Origin: Ferruginibacter sp.
Lineage (GTDB): Bacteria; Bacteroidota; Bacteroidia; Chitinophagales; Chitinophagaceae
Length of the DNA stretch: 64,000 bases
NCBI GenBank assembly: GCA_043732685.1
Contig: JAYTHI010000171.1
Coordinates: 6,988 to 70,987, forward strand
Direction: 5' to 3'
Below, piece by piece: positions 31,225-41,854 of this stretch. A program made the position numbers and the translations under genes. Every line of letters starts with the position of its first letter. Positions within the stretch are counted from its first letter, which is position 1. The notes below the pieces were generated by a model, which was not told where the DNA came from, searched no databases, and saw nothing but the letters and a program-made list of their open reading frames with translations.

Positions 31225-33030
31225 TTAGTGATTACTTTCATTTTCACCAACCGGTTCTGTTTGAGAAATAAACTCTCTTCCATCTTTACCATAATCATAT
31301 GCACCACGATATACTTCAGGAATATCACCTTCCCAATTACCATGACCCGGGCGTATAGGCGTTGTCCACTCTAGTGTATTTGCTTCCCAAGGATTAAGTG
31401 TTGTAACTTTTCTACCCTTAAAAATACTGTACACAAAATTAAAAACAAATAACAATTGTGCAGAAAAAACTATGATAGAAACAAAACTAATAAATTGATT
31501 GAGACCTGCAAACATTTTAAATGACTCCCAACCTGAAAAATCATAATAACGACGTGGCATACCGGCTAAACCTTCGTAGTGCATTGGCCAAAAGATTAAA
31601 TAAGCACCAACCAATGTTACCCAAAAATGTATGTAAGCCAAAGTATTGTTCATAAAGCGACCGTACATTTTAGGAAACCAATGGTATACGCCTGCATACA
31701 TTCCAAAGAAACCTGCAACACCCATTACAATGTGAAAATGTGCAATAATAAAATAAGTATCATGTAAATGTATATCAAGAGAAGAATTACCCAAAAAGAT
31801 ACCTGTTAAACCACCTGATATAAACATACTTACAAAACCTATTGAAAACAGCATGGCAGGAGTAAATCTGATATTACCACGCCACAACGTTGTAAGCCAG
31901 TTAAATACCTTAATAGCAGAAGGCACAGCAATTAGTAAAGTAAGTAGTACAAAGAAAGCTCCCAGAAAAGGATTTAACCCGGTTACAAACATATGATGCG
32001 CCCAAACCAGGAAGGCTAAAATTGCAATTGCAAATAAAGAACCTACCATTGCCATGTATCCAAAAATTGGCTTACGGGAATTTACAGATAATACCTCTGA
32101 TGAAATACCCATAGCAGGTAATATTATAATATAAACCTCAGGGTGTCCAAGAAACCAAAATAAATGTTGGAATAAAATAGCACTACCGCCTTCATTAGGT
32201 AGAATTTTGCCATTTACAACAATATCACTTAAAAAGAAACTGGTTCCCAAATTCCTATCGAATAATAAAAGAATAGCACCGGATAATAATACCGGGAAAG
32301 ATAAAACACCTAATACTGCAGTAAAGAACAAAGCCCAAATAGTTAAAGGTAACCTTGTCATGCTCATTCCTTTTGTACGCAAGTTTAATATTGTAGAAAT
32401 ATAATTAAGACCCGCTAATAACTGACTAACAATAAACATTGCCATACTGGCCAACCAAAGATCCATGCCTATTTTAGAACCACTTGATGCATCTCCAAGC
32501 GCACTCAATGGAGGATAAATAGTCCATCCGCCGGATGCTGGTCCTGTTTGTACAAATAAAGAAGCAAACATTATAATAGAAGCTGTAAAGAAAAACCAAT
32601 AGCTCAACATGTTTAATAATGGAGATGCCATATCTCTTGCCCCAATTTGAAGAGGTATCAAGAAGTTGGCAAATGTTCCGCTTAATCCTGCTGTTAATAC
32701 AAAGAAAACTAAGATGGTTCCATGCATGGTAACCAAAGCATAGTAAAATTCAGGTTGTAATTTTCCACCTTTAGCCCAGTGGCCTAACAAGTCTTCCATC
32801 CATGGGAACGAAGATTCCGGATAGCCCAATTGAAGACGAAAGATAACAGAAAAAAATCCTCCAATAATTGCCCATATCATTCCGGTAATTAAGAATTGAC
32901 GTGCAATCATTTTATGATCCTGACTAAAAACATATTTAGTTATAAATGATTCGTGGTGTTGGTGTTCCTGATGGGTATCATGGCCTGCATGAACATCAGA
33001 TTCGATTGCAATTGCTGTTGTAGTACTCAT
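31225..33030 (-). CDS. ctaD: Cytochrome c oxidase subunit I, A1 type
   Basis: TMHGT, GARDMASP (D-channel Asp), FWFLGHPEVY, VWAHHMF, AVPSAIK (K-channel), HDTYFIIAHFH. Confidence 0.98.
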   Translation of the reverse strand: MSTTTAIAIESDVHAGHDTHQEHQHHESFITKYVFSQDHKMIARQFLITGMIWAIIGGFFSVIFRLQLGYPESSFPWMEDLLGHWAKGGKLQPEFYYALVTMHGTILVFFVLTAGLSGTFANFLIPLQIGARDMASPLLNMLSYWFFFTASIIMFASLFVQTGPASGGWTIYPPLSALGDASSGSKIGMDLWLASMAMFIVSQLLAGLNYISTILNLRTKGMSMTRLPLTIWALFFTAVLGVLSFPVLLSGAILLLFDRNLGTSFFLSDIVVNGKILPNEGGSAILFQHLFWFLGHPEVYIIILPAMGISSEVLSVNSRKPIFGYMAMVGSLFAIAILAFLVWAHHMFVTGLNPFLGAFFVLLTLLIAVPSAIKVFNWLTTLWRGNIRFTPAMLFSIGFVSMFISGGLTGIFLGNSSLDIHLHDTYFIIAHFHIVMGVAGFFGMYAGVYHWFPKMYGRFMNNTLAYIHFWVTLVGAYLIFWPMHYEGLAGMPRRYYDFSGWESFKMFAGLNQFISFVSIIVFSAQLLFVFNFVYSIFKGRKVTTLNPWEANTLEWTTPIRPGHGNWEGDIPEVYRGAYDYGKDGREFISQTEPVGENESNH

Positions 33031-33058
33031 TTTTAGTAACGTTTTTTCTGAACCTATA

Positions 33059-34141
33059 TTATTTCCTTAAATTAGATGCAAGAGGTGTGTGTTTTGCTAT
33101 ACTGTCTGATAATGCGAGTGGCACTACTTTGGTAGTACTATCACCTAATTGCTTAGGTTTTTTATCTGGAAATATGGTATAATATTCGGGTTGTTGTGTA
33201 GATAACCATTTCTTGTAATCCGCATCACTTTCAACAATTATAACACCTCGCATAGAGAAATGTCCCTTGCCACAAATTTGATCACAACTTATTTCATAAA
33301 CAAAATTTGGATTACCGGATCTAACCTTCATTTCTTCTGTAGTATACAAAGGAGTAAACCACAATGTTGTAGGAATACCCGGAACAGCATCCATTTTCAT
33401 TCTAAAATGCACCAAACCAACATCATGAATAACATCCTGAGCGTTGATAACAAATTTGATAGGTCTGTTTACCGGAATATGCATTGTAGCAGCAACATGA
33501 ATATCATCAAGACTGGCAGGATCATTAAAATCGACTCCTAAGCTGTTAGCACCCTTGGTTAATTTATAATCTTTTTTTCCTAAAATACCATCAGGACCCG
33601 GGTAACGAAACTCCCAACCAAACTGGTGTCCTGTAACTTCTATAACTACCGCGTCCTTCGGTGCGTCACTGGTAATTTTGAACCAATATTTTAAACCAAA
33701 AACCACTAGGACCGTTAAAAATATCGCAGGAACGGTTGTCCACAATAATTCCAATTTAGTATTGTGCGGAAAATAAAAAGCTTTACGCTCATCGTTTTCC
33801 TGGTATTTGAATGCAAACCAAAATAATAATATTTGTGTAATTACAAAAACAACGCCTGTTACACCGATAGTGATGTACAACATTAAATCTATCTTCTGTC
33901 CCATTTCAGATGCTGCTCCCATTGGAAACAATGTTTTTTGGAAAAACATATCGTTACACCACCAAACGCCAATTAAACCGGCGACTAAAAATGTAATTAA
34001 TAAGAAAGCATTTATTTTATTAGTTTGCTTCCTTGCTTTTTCTTCACCTTTTAATACGCTTACGTATTCACTCGCCTTTGATATCTGAAAGATGACTACG
34101 AATATCATTACTACGATCGCTATCAATAAAATCTGTGTCAT
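33059..34141 (-). CDS. ctaC: Cytochrome c oxidase subunit II
   Basis: LELLWTTVP, GHQFGWEFRYPG, DVIH, CuA motif CDQICGKGHFSM. Confidence 0.96.
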   Translation of the reverse strand: MTQILLIAIVVMIFVVIFQISKASEYVSVLKGEEKARKQTNKINAFLLITFLVAGLIGVWWCNDMFFQKTLFPMGAASEMGQKIDLMLYITIGVTGVVFVITQILLFWFAFKYQENDERKAFYFPHNTKLELLWTTVPAIFLTVLVVFGLKYWFKITSDAPKDAVVIEVTGHQFGWEFRYPGPDGILGKKDYKLTKGANSLGVDFNDPASLDDIHVAATMHIPVNRPIKFVINAQDVIHDVGLVHFRMKMDAVPGIPTTLWFTPLYTTEEMKVRSGNPNFVYEISCDQICGKGHFSMRGVIIVESDADYKKWLSTQQPEYYTIFPDKKPKQLGDSTTKVVPLALSDSIAKHTPLASNLRK

Positions 34142-34254
34142 ATTGCAAAATTATTTTCTAATATTATTATTCAACGCTATTGTTTAACAGCAACAACTCT
34201 TAAAATACTTATCTGCTACAATACCCAATATTATTTCTAAATGCGTAAATAGTA

Positions 34255-35493
34255 TTAAGTATGGTGAATCATGCTCTCTTTAAGGAAAGGATGATTTTTA
34301 GCAGTGAGCGGATGTGCACTAAGAAATACACCAACCCTCCACATAATAATTCCAATAAAAAGAATCGCTATTCCAAATTCAAACGGCATTAATTCTGCAT
34401 GATTGTACAGGGTACCAGGCATAACCATTTGCCAAAAATCTATCCAATGACCAAATATGATTAATACAGCCATAAAGGTTAACAATGTATAATTCCTTTT
34501 TGTGCTCTTTTTCATTAAAATTAACAGTGGTGCAGCAAAGTTTAACACCAGGTTCAAGAAAAATATACCGCGAAAAGGTCCGTAAACCCTGATTTTAAAA
34601 TACCCTGTTTCTTCAGGAATATTTGCGTACCAGATCAACATATATTGAGAGAACCATAGGTATGCCCAAAATATAGAGAAAGCAAACATAAACTTACCAA
34701 TATCATGCAAATGCTCTTCCGTTACATATTCCAACTCGCCATGATTTTTTAAAAACACAATAAACAGCGCTATTAAAGAAAGACCGGCAACGAAAGTGCT
34801 TGCAAAAGTATACCAGCTAAACATGGTACTGTACCAATGGGTATCAATACTCATAATCCAAAGCCATGGAATGGTTGAACCAACTGATAAACCGAAGAAT
34901 ACTATAAATAAGGCAGCCCATAAAATGTTCTTATTGATCCAACTTTTACCTGTTTCATAATCCATCGGACCATCTTTATCACTTTGCAGGCTTAAAGAAC
35001 GCATTTTATAACCCAGGAAGGACCATAAAAATATAGTTAATGCACTAAATAAAGTAAAAAATACAGGATTTAGAAACCCACTTTTCCCTTTTATAATTCT
35101 ATCATTTGCAACTGTTGTTTTATTTACCCAGGCATAAATATCATCATGACCACCCCAAACAATTGCCATCAATATTAAAAAAGCAATAATACCTAAAACA
35201 GGCACTACGCTTGATATGGCTTCCGGAACCCGACGTAAAGCAACCTGCCATCCACCCATCGCAAGGGTTGTAACACCCATAAAAAACATGGCAGCGTTAA
35301 CCACTAATAACCAATACACGCAATTCTGCAACAAAACGGCCCAAAACCTGGTACTATTTATATTAGAAGTGCGCGTTCCGTGCTCAAAAGGATGGAACAT
35401 TATAAAACCGTAAAGCAGGGCAATTACCCCAACGATAATAAGACCCATCGTCCACTTTTTATAATTGCCCGGTAATTCAAATGACTTATTCAT
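34255..35493 (-). CDS. actF: Alternative complex III membrane subunit ActF
   Basis: Polytopic NrfD-like paralog: WIMSIDTHWYSTMFSWY, EHLHDIGKFMFAFSIFWAYLWFSQYMLIWYANIPEE. Confidence 0.92.
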   Translation of the reverse strand: MNKSFELPGNYKKWTMGLIIVGVIALLYGFIMFHPFEHGTRTSNINSTRFWAVLLQNCVYWLLVVNAAMFFMGVTTLAMGGWQVALRRVPEAISSVVPVLGIIAFLILMAIVWGGHDDIYAWVNKTTVANDRIIKGKSGFLNPVFFTLFSALTIFLWSFLGYKMRSLSLQSDKDGPMDYETGKSWINKNILWAALFIVFFGLSVGSTIPWLWIMSIDTHWYSTMFSWYTFASTFVAGLSLIALFIVFLKNHGELEYVTEEHLHDIGKFMFAFSIFWAYLWFSQYMLIWYANIPEETGYFKIRVYGPFRGIFFLNLVLNFAAPLLILMKKSTKRNYTLLTFMAVLIIFGHWIDFWQMVMPGTLYNHAELMPFEFGIAILFIGIIMWRVGVFLSAHPLTAKNHPFLKESMIHHT

Positions 35494-35526
35494 CTATCTT
35501 ATTTTGTGTTGAAACCTTTTAATTAA

Positions 35527-36198
35527 TTATCCTTTTTTAGTAGTAGCTGTATCTTTTTTTGCTGAAGCTGAAGCTGTATTAGCTGTTGAATCAGTGGCAC
35601 TGGCAGGCTTTGGCTGTAATGTGCGGATATACTGAACAATCATCCAACGCTGTTTTCTGCTAAGCTGAGATGCATAACTACCCATATTATTTTTACCATA
35701 ATTTAAAGTATGGTACATAGTTCCATCGGCCATTTTAATGTAAGCTTCACTAGTAAGATTAGCTACACCTCCAATTTTACCGGAAGTTGCTAAAGGACCG
35801 TTGGCTTTACCTTCGGCACCATGGCAGATAGCACAATTTATATTAAACAAACGACCAGCTTCAGCCATTTCAGTTTTAGAAATAGGCCCAAGCGGACTTT
35901 TAACACCTGCACTTAGCTTGTAACCTGTTGTATCGTTGGCAAGGGTATAAGCAAAAAGCTCTCCAACAGGTATTGTACCTAAAACTGGTTGGCGGTTATA
36001 GTAAATTTCATGACCAGCATTGGATGTTTCGTCCGTAAACACCGTATCGTTTAAGGGAGCATAAGTTTCAATTGCTCTGCTATAAACCATATCCGGCATA
36101 TAAATTTTTCCGGGTAAGCGTTTACTATCGCATCCGGTGATGATAGCAGCTCCTGCCAATGCAAGAACAAAAACTATTATTATATTATTTTTTTTCAT
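35527..36198 (-). CDS. actE: Alternative complex III monoheme cytochrome c lipoprotein ActE
   Basis: Lipobox IITGC, YMPDM, a single CAICH, MGSY; start placed at MKKNN (36198). Confidence 0.92.
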   Translation of the reverse strand: MKKNNIIIVFVLALAGAAIITGCDSKRLPGKIYMPDMVYSRAIETYAPLNDTVFTDETSNAGHEIYYNRQPVLGTIPVGELFAYTLANDTTGYKLSAGVKSPLGPISKTEMAEAGRLFNINCAICHGAEGKANGPLATSGKIGGVANLTSEAYIKMADGTMYHTLNYGKNNMGSYASQLSRKQRWMIVQYIRTLQPKPASATDSTANTASASAKKDTATTKKG

Positions 36199-36249
36199 TG
36201 CCTCTTTTGTAAAATCTATAAAATCAATTAAAACGACTGCCAATATTCT

Positions 36250-36840
36250 TTAATATCCTTTTTCCAATTCGCGGTACAAAACCTGCTCTTTATCATATCT
36301 GCCGATCCACCATCCTGATTCAGCAGTTTGAACATTAATTTCTTTTGCACCAGATTTCTCCAAAAATGCCTGTACATCATTTTCGTTGGTCTTATTAGTA
36401 CATTCAATTACCATTACAAAAAGATCATCTGTAGCTCTTAAATGAAAATGATGCTTTTTAACAAATGGTGACAACTGACACAAATAACAAAAAGTAAGCA
36501 CCATGCCAACAGCAGCAAAAAGTACCGTTAATTCAAAGGTTATCGGTATCCAAGCAGGTAAAGCAAAATGTGGTTTACCACCGATATTTAACGGATAATC
36601 TTTTGTAAAGATCCAACTAATACAAGATAAAGCCGTTGTTGTTCCTGCAACCCCATATATAAAACCGGCAGTATGCAAGCTAGTTTCTCTTAATCCCATG
36701 GCATGATCCAAACCATGCACCGGAAAGGGGGTGTAAACATCATGAATTTTATAACCTGCGCGGCGAACATCTTTCACTGCAGGAAACAATACTGCTTCAT
36801 CATCGAAACAACCAACTACAAATTTTTTTATTCCACTCAT
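36250..36840 (-). CDS. actD: Alternative complex III subunit ActD (DUF3341)
   Basis: DVYTPFPVHGLD, IGGKP, PITFELTVLFAA. Confidence 0.94.
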   Translation of the reverse strand: MSGIKKFVVGCFDDEAVLFPAVKDVRRAGYKIHDVYTPFPVHGLDHAMGLRETSLHTAGFIYGVAGTTTALSCISWIFTKDYPLNIGGKPHFALPAWIPITFELTVLFAAVGMVLTFCYLCQLSPFVKKHHFHLRATDDLFVMVIECTNKTNENDVQAFLEKSGAKEINVQTAESGWWIGRYDKEQVLYRELEKGY

Positions 36841-36934
36841 ATAATTTCAACTTTTGCGAAGCCTGGTACTCAGGAGTTGCTATAAATATTAAGACCTTTT
36901 ATTATTATTTATCATTACCCAAATGGGTTATTGA

Positions 36935-38389
36935 TTAATGCGCATGTTCTTCTACTTCGGCAATATAAAATTTAGTAGCATCTTCTTTTTCCAACTCTGT
37001 CATCTTCATTTTATAATTTTCACCGGTTGTTTTTAAGATACTCTTAATTTCTGCAACAGCAATTACCGGGAAGTATTTAGCGAATAGAAAGAAACAGGTA
37101 AAGAATAACCCAAATGTTCCTACATAAAACCCAATTTCATATATAGATGGACTATAATAAGTACTCCAGGAAGAAGGGAGATAATCTCTATAGGTAGAGG
37201 TTACGATAATTACAAAACGCTCGTACCACATTCCTATATTAACAATTATACTCATAAAGAAAGTAAACCCTATATTCCTTCTTAATTTTTTAAACCAGAA
37301 CATTTGAGGAGAAACCACATTACAAAACATCATCAAATAATAACTCCATCCATAAGGACTAAACAAATTTACCCTGTTTTCTTTAAAAGCATACCACTCG
37401 TAAGGATTTTGACCATACCATGCAATAAACAATTCAGTTATATAAGCAATACCTACAATAGAACCTGTAAGCACAATCACCTTATTCATAGCTTCAATAT
37501 GCCCTAAAGTAATATATTCCTGTAAATTAAAAACTTTTCTTAAAATAATCATCAATGATTGCACCATTGCGAAACCACTAAAAATAGCACCCGCCACAAA
37601 ATAAGGAGGAAAAATTGTAGTATGCCATCCCGGAATAACTGAAGTAGCGAAATCAAAGGATACAATAGTATGCACTGATAATACCAATGGTGTAGCTAAA
37701 CCTGCCAAAACCAATGAAAGCGATTCGTGTCTTTGCCAATGTTTAGTACTACCTGTCCAACCAAAAGAGGCGACACCATATAATAATTTACGCAATTTTG
37801 TTTTTGCTCTGTCCCTCACTGTGGCAAGGTCAGGCAATAAACCTGAATACCAGAATAATAAGGAAACAGTAAAATAAGTAGATATTGCGAATACATCCCA
37901 TAAAAGCGGCGAGTTAAAGTTAACCCAAACCGGCCCCCTTGTATTTGGATAAGGCATAATAAAGAAAGCAAGCCAAACTCTACCCATATGCCAGATTGGA
38001 AACTGTCCTGCACATATTACAGCAAAAATTGTCATCGCTTCTGCTGCACGGTTAACTCCGGTTCTCCAACCTTGTCTGAACAATAGTAAGATAGCAGAAA
38101 TTAAAGTTCCCGCATGACCAATACCTACCCACCAAACAAAATTGGTGATATCCCAACCCCAGCCGATTGTTTTATTAACGTTCCATTGGCCGATACCATA
38201 AGTTACTTCCCGATAAATACTGTATACACCAAATAACAATAAAACTACACTAATGTAGAACCCTATGTACCACAATCGGGTAGGTTTCATTTCAATGGGG
38301 CTAATAATGTCTTCCGTAACCTGGTGATAATTTTTGTTACCATCTACAAGCGGTTCCCTGATTTGCGATTCGTACTTTAATAATGACAT
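36935..38389 (-). CDS. actC: Alternative complex III quinol-oxidising subunit ActC (NrfD/PsrC family)
   Basis: WGWDITNFVWWVGIGHAGTLISA, NRAAEAMT, HMGR, SPLLWDVFA, WYERF. Confidence 0.96.
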   Translation of the reverse strand: MSLLKYESQIREPLVDGNKNYHQVTEDIISPIEMKPTRLWYIGFYISVVLLLFGVYSIYREVTYGIGQWNVNKTIGWGWDITNFVWWVGIGHAGTLISAILLLFRQGWRTGVNRAAEAMTIFAVICAGQFPIWHMGRVWLAFFIMPYPNTRGPVWVNFNSPLLWDVFAISTYFTVSLLFWYSGLLPDLATVRDRAKTKLRKLLYGVASFGWTGSTKHWQRHESLSLVLAGLATPLVLSVHTIVSFDFATSVIPGWHTTIFPPYFVAGAIFSGFAMVQSLMIILRKVFNLQEYITLGHIEAMNKVIVLTGSIVGIAYITELFIAWYGQNPYEWYAFKENRVNLFSPYGWSYYLMMFCNVVSPQMFWFKKLRRNIGFTFFMSIIVNIGMWYERFVIIVTSTYRDYLPSSWSTYYSPSIYEIGFYVGTFGLFFTCFFLFAKYFPVIAVAEIKSILKTTGENYKMKMTELEKEDATKFYIAEVEEHAH

Positions 38390-38522
38390 ATATCTTTCGG
38401 CTTTAACCTTTAGTATTTAACTATCAGCTTTTTTTTATTGACCCTTTTTCCAAACGGGATAAAAGGGAGTATTTATTTTTTGCCTATTCTTTTACATTGC
38501 TATAAAAATCTGTGGCCTCCAA

Positions 38523-41500
38523 CTATGCGTGTTCTTTTTCATTTTTCATTGCACCTTCAGCAGGTTCTGCACCTTCTGCTTTTTCGTTAGTTATATGCCT
38601 GTCGGAATTTTTGATTTTGGCAAGATAATTAACATTTGGCAGCACGTGTAACTGATCCAGTACATAAAAATTTCTATGCTTGTGATCTACAAATCTAATT
38701 TTATACACATCACTTTCTTTATCATTTACATTACCAAATTTAATGGCATGTGTAGGACAAGCCTGCATACAAGCTGTCTTTACATTTCTAACTATGGATG
38801 GGTCTTCTGCTTTTTTAGCGTTTAATTTACTTTCCTGCAAACGTTGTACACAGAAAGAGCATTTTTCAATAACCCCTCTTGAACGGACTGTAACATCGGG
38901 GTTTAACACCATTCTTGTCAGGTCATCATTCATTTGAACGGTTACTTCGTTAAGATCATTTCCTATTAACGGTTGTTGATTATCAGGGAAACTATCTGCT
39001 CCGTTAAAATCAAGCCAGTTAAAACGACGAACCTTAAACGGACAGTTATTGGCACAATATCTTGTACCGATACAACGGTTGTAAGCCATCTGGTTTAGTC
39101 CTTCGCTACTGTGGTTAGTTGCTGCAACAGGACAAACGTTTTCGCAAGGTGCGTTATCGCAATGCTGGCACATCATCGGTTGAAAAACAACATCAGGATT
39201 ACTCATATCACCCGTAAAATAACGATCAATACGCAGCCAATGCATTTCATGCGCCTTCATAACCTGTGTTTTACCAACAACACTAACATTATTTTCAGCA
39301 GTACAGGCTACTACACAAGCAGCACAACCAATACAAGTTGTTAAATCAATACTCATTCCCCATTTAATACCGGGTCTATCATAAGTACCATAAATTGTAG
39401 CATCTTTTTCGTAATCTTTTCCGCCAAAAGGAAGCAATTTCTTTCTTTCGTCATTCGGCTCTTTCAAAACCTCTTCGGGGTTAGCCACAAAACTTGAAAG
39501 ACTGGCTTCATAAACAACCGGACGGCTTTCTGATGAACCATGAACCTGGGTTTGACCTAAAGGATAGGTATTGCCTGTTTTACTAATATCAGCGGCAGCT
39601 GAATAGGTAAATCCGCTGCCGTCAAAACCTACAAAAGGATAAGCATTGAAACCTGCACCAGTAGCACTTCTGCCAATATATTCCAATGTTCTTTCTTTGG
39701 TAGCAGATTGTCTGCCATAACCTAGTGCAACAGCTACAACATTCGGATGAATTCCGGGAAGAATTAATACCGGTAATTCTAATGTTTTACCATTTACCGT
39801 CACTTTGATAGTAGGCTTTTCCGGATGCACTTCATAACCGTCTCCCTGGTGTTGGCTACCTACGATATCCAGATTTAAAATGACTTTAGCCAAGGCGGGA
39901 CTCATAACTGCGTAGTTATCCCAGGTTACTTTAGAAATAGGATCAGGCGTTTCCTGCAACCAGGGGTTGTTGGCTTGTTTACCACTACCTATAGACACTT
40001 TCTGATAAATAACTACTTCATAATTAGCCCCTTTTACAGCGGCAATTTTTGAGGCAGCACCAGCCAAAGCTGCATTACTAAAAGTAACAGAACCAAGGGA
40101 AGCAGCTGGTGGTGATAACAAGCCTTCCTGTAAGGCTTTATTGTAATTATCTACAGTTGCTAATTTAGCGATCCAATATGTTTTGAAATAAGTTTCGTAA
40201 TCATTTGTGTTACCACTCCATTTTAATAAGGAAGTTTCAAAAGCCCTTGTCTTAAATAATGGATTAATAGTAGGTTGTTGAAAACTAATATAACCGGTTT
40301 TACCTTCCGCATCACCCCAGCTCTCTAACCAATGGTGAGCAGGAATACTAAACTTACACAATTCAGTCGTTTCGTTTAGGGTTCCGTTAAAGGAAATGGT
40401 AACAGGAACTTTTTTTAAACCGTCTGTAAATTTTTTACTATCGTAATAAGTATATGCGGGGTTTGTTTCGTAAACCAATAATGCGCCAACAGCACCGGCG
40501 TTCATATCATCTACCAACTTAACAATATCAGCGTCTACCCCTTGACGGTAATTAGCGGTAATGGCCCAATTAATTGTTTTACCATTAGCACCAATGATTT
40601 CATTTATAGCATTAACTATAATTTGAATATTTACATCATTACTACCGCAAACAACAAGACCTGCTCCTTTATTAGCAGCAAGTGCGGCTGCAGCAGCTTC
40701 AATTCCTTTATTTAATTTTGCATCTGCAATTACCGGTGCAGTAACAGCTCCACCCAGTTTAGCGTATAAAGCCAAAGCAACAGCACCCGTTTCTGAAGGT
40801 TTGTGAACAAAACGATCATCCGCATTACTACCTGTTAAACTTAGCGCACTTTCAAATTGAATGTGGCGGCTCATTTCAGGCTTTTCTGTAAGTCTTCTGG
40901 TCTTTGCATATTGTACTGCAAATTCAACCGGGCTAATCCAGGTTCCTAAAAAATCTGCATTTAAACTAACAATTACTTTAGCATTATCGAAATGGTAAGA
41001 GGGAATTGCTTTTTTACCATAAGTAGCCTGATTGGCCATAATGATTCCGCTATAACTAATCGCATCATATTGTATGTGACGGCTACCTGCAGGATTTTTT
41101 GCTATAAATTCAGTAATTACCTGTAAAGTTGTTGGAGATGTAATGGTGGAAGTTAACACCACCGTTGGCTTACCTGCCGCAGCGGTCATCGCATTTGCAA
41201 CTAGTTTATCAAACGCATCGAAGGAAGAAACTTCTTTAAAATCTTTACCATCGTTTTGCATTGGATAACGCAAACGGGTGGTATCATATAAATCTAATAC
41301 AGAAGCCTGAGCTTGTGCACTTGTTCCACCAGTTGTAAGCGGAGAGGCTTCATTACCTTCTATTTTAATTGGACGACCATCCCTTTGCTTAACAATTACA
41401 GGAATAACATCCCCTTCATTTACATAAGTGGAGGCATAATAATTTGCTACACCCGGAATCAGATCATCCGGCTTGTGCAAATAAGGAACAGCCTTACGTA

Positions 41501-41714
41501 CCGGCATTTCGCAACTGGCAGCAATAGTTGCCGCAGCAGTACTGAAACCCAAATATTTTAAAAAATCTCTACGCGGAGTTTTGGAGTTCAATAAACCATC
41601 ATCCAAATCTGATAATGGCAAAAGATCTTCTTTAAATTCGTCGTTTGCTGTTTTTTGATAGGCTTCAGACTCATTTAATTCACCAAAACTTTGCCAATAC
41701 TTTTTATTACTCAT
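38523..41714 (-). CDS. actB: Alternative complex III subunit ActB (molybdopterin-oxidoreductase-like domain fused to an Fe-S domain)
   Basis: Internal TAT motif RRDFLK followed by AASC; C-terminal Fe-S motifs CIGCAACVVAC, CQHCDNAPCENVC, CIGTRYCANNC, CSFC. Confidence 0.96.
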   Translation of the reverse strand: MSNKKYWQSFGELNESEAYQKTANDEFKEDLLPLSDLDDGLLNSKTPRRDFLKYLGFSTAAATIAASCEMPVRKAVPYLHKPDDLIPGVANYYASTYVNEGDVIPVIVKQRDGRPIKIEGNEASPLTTGGTSAQAQASVLDLYDTTRLRYPMQNDGKDFKEVSSFDAFDKLVANAMTAAAGKPTVVLTSTITSPTTLQVITEFIAKNPAGSRHIQYDAISYSGIIMANQATYGKKAIPSYHFDNAKVIVSLNADFLGTWISPVEFAVQYAKTRRLTEKPEMSRHIQFESALSLTGSNADDRFVHKPSETGAVALALYAKLGGAVTAPVIADAKLNKGIEAAAAALAANKGAGLVVCGSNDVNIQIIVNAINEIIGANGKTINWAITANYRQGVDADIVKLVDDMNAGAVGALLVYETNPAYTYYDSKKFTDGLKKVPVTISFNGTLNETTELCKFSIPAHHWLESWGDAEGKTGYISFQQPTINPLFKTRAFETSLLKWSGNTNDYETYFKTYWIAKLATVDNYNKALQEGLLSPPAASLGSVTFSNAALAGAASKIAAVKGANYEVVIYQKVSIGSGKQANNPWLQETPDPISKVTWDNYAVMSPALAKVILNLDIVGSQHQGDGYEVHPEKPTIKVTVNGKTLELPVLILPGIHPNVVAVALGYGRQSATKERTLEYIGRSATGAGFNAYPFVGFDGSGFTYSAAADISKTGNTYPLGQTQVHGSSESRPVVYEASLSSFVANPEEVLKEPNDERKKLLPFGGKDYEKDATIYGTYDRPGIKWGMSIDLTTCIGCAACVVACTAENNVSVVGKTQVMKAHEMHWLRIDRYFTGDMSNPDVVFQPMMCQHCDNAPCENVCPVAATNHSSEGLNQMAYNRCIGTRYCANNCPFKVRRFNWLDFNGADSFPDNQQPLIGNDLNEVTVQMNDDLTRMVLNPDVTVRSRGVIEKCSFCVQRLQESKLNAKKAEDPSIVRNVKTACMQACPTHAIKFGNVNDKESDVYKIRFVDHKHRNFYVLDQLHVLPNVNYLAKIKNSDRHITNEKAEGAEPAEGAMKNEKEHA

Positions 41715-41854
41715 ATCTTATTAAAATGTGCTAATTGGCGTTGTGCTAATTTGCTAATTTTTATAAATTGTTACTGCTTATAATTAATCGATAACTGAAA
41801 ACGTAGTTCTTAGAATTCCATTGCCAGTTGAAATATTTTTTTTCTACCTTAAAA

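Noticed and set aside
41725-41760. Short TGCTAATT repeats between actA and actB, and similar AGTTAT repeats at ~48510-48550
   Set aside because: Low-complexity intergenic repeats with no supportable function.
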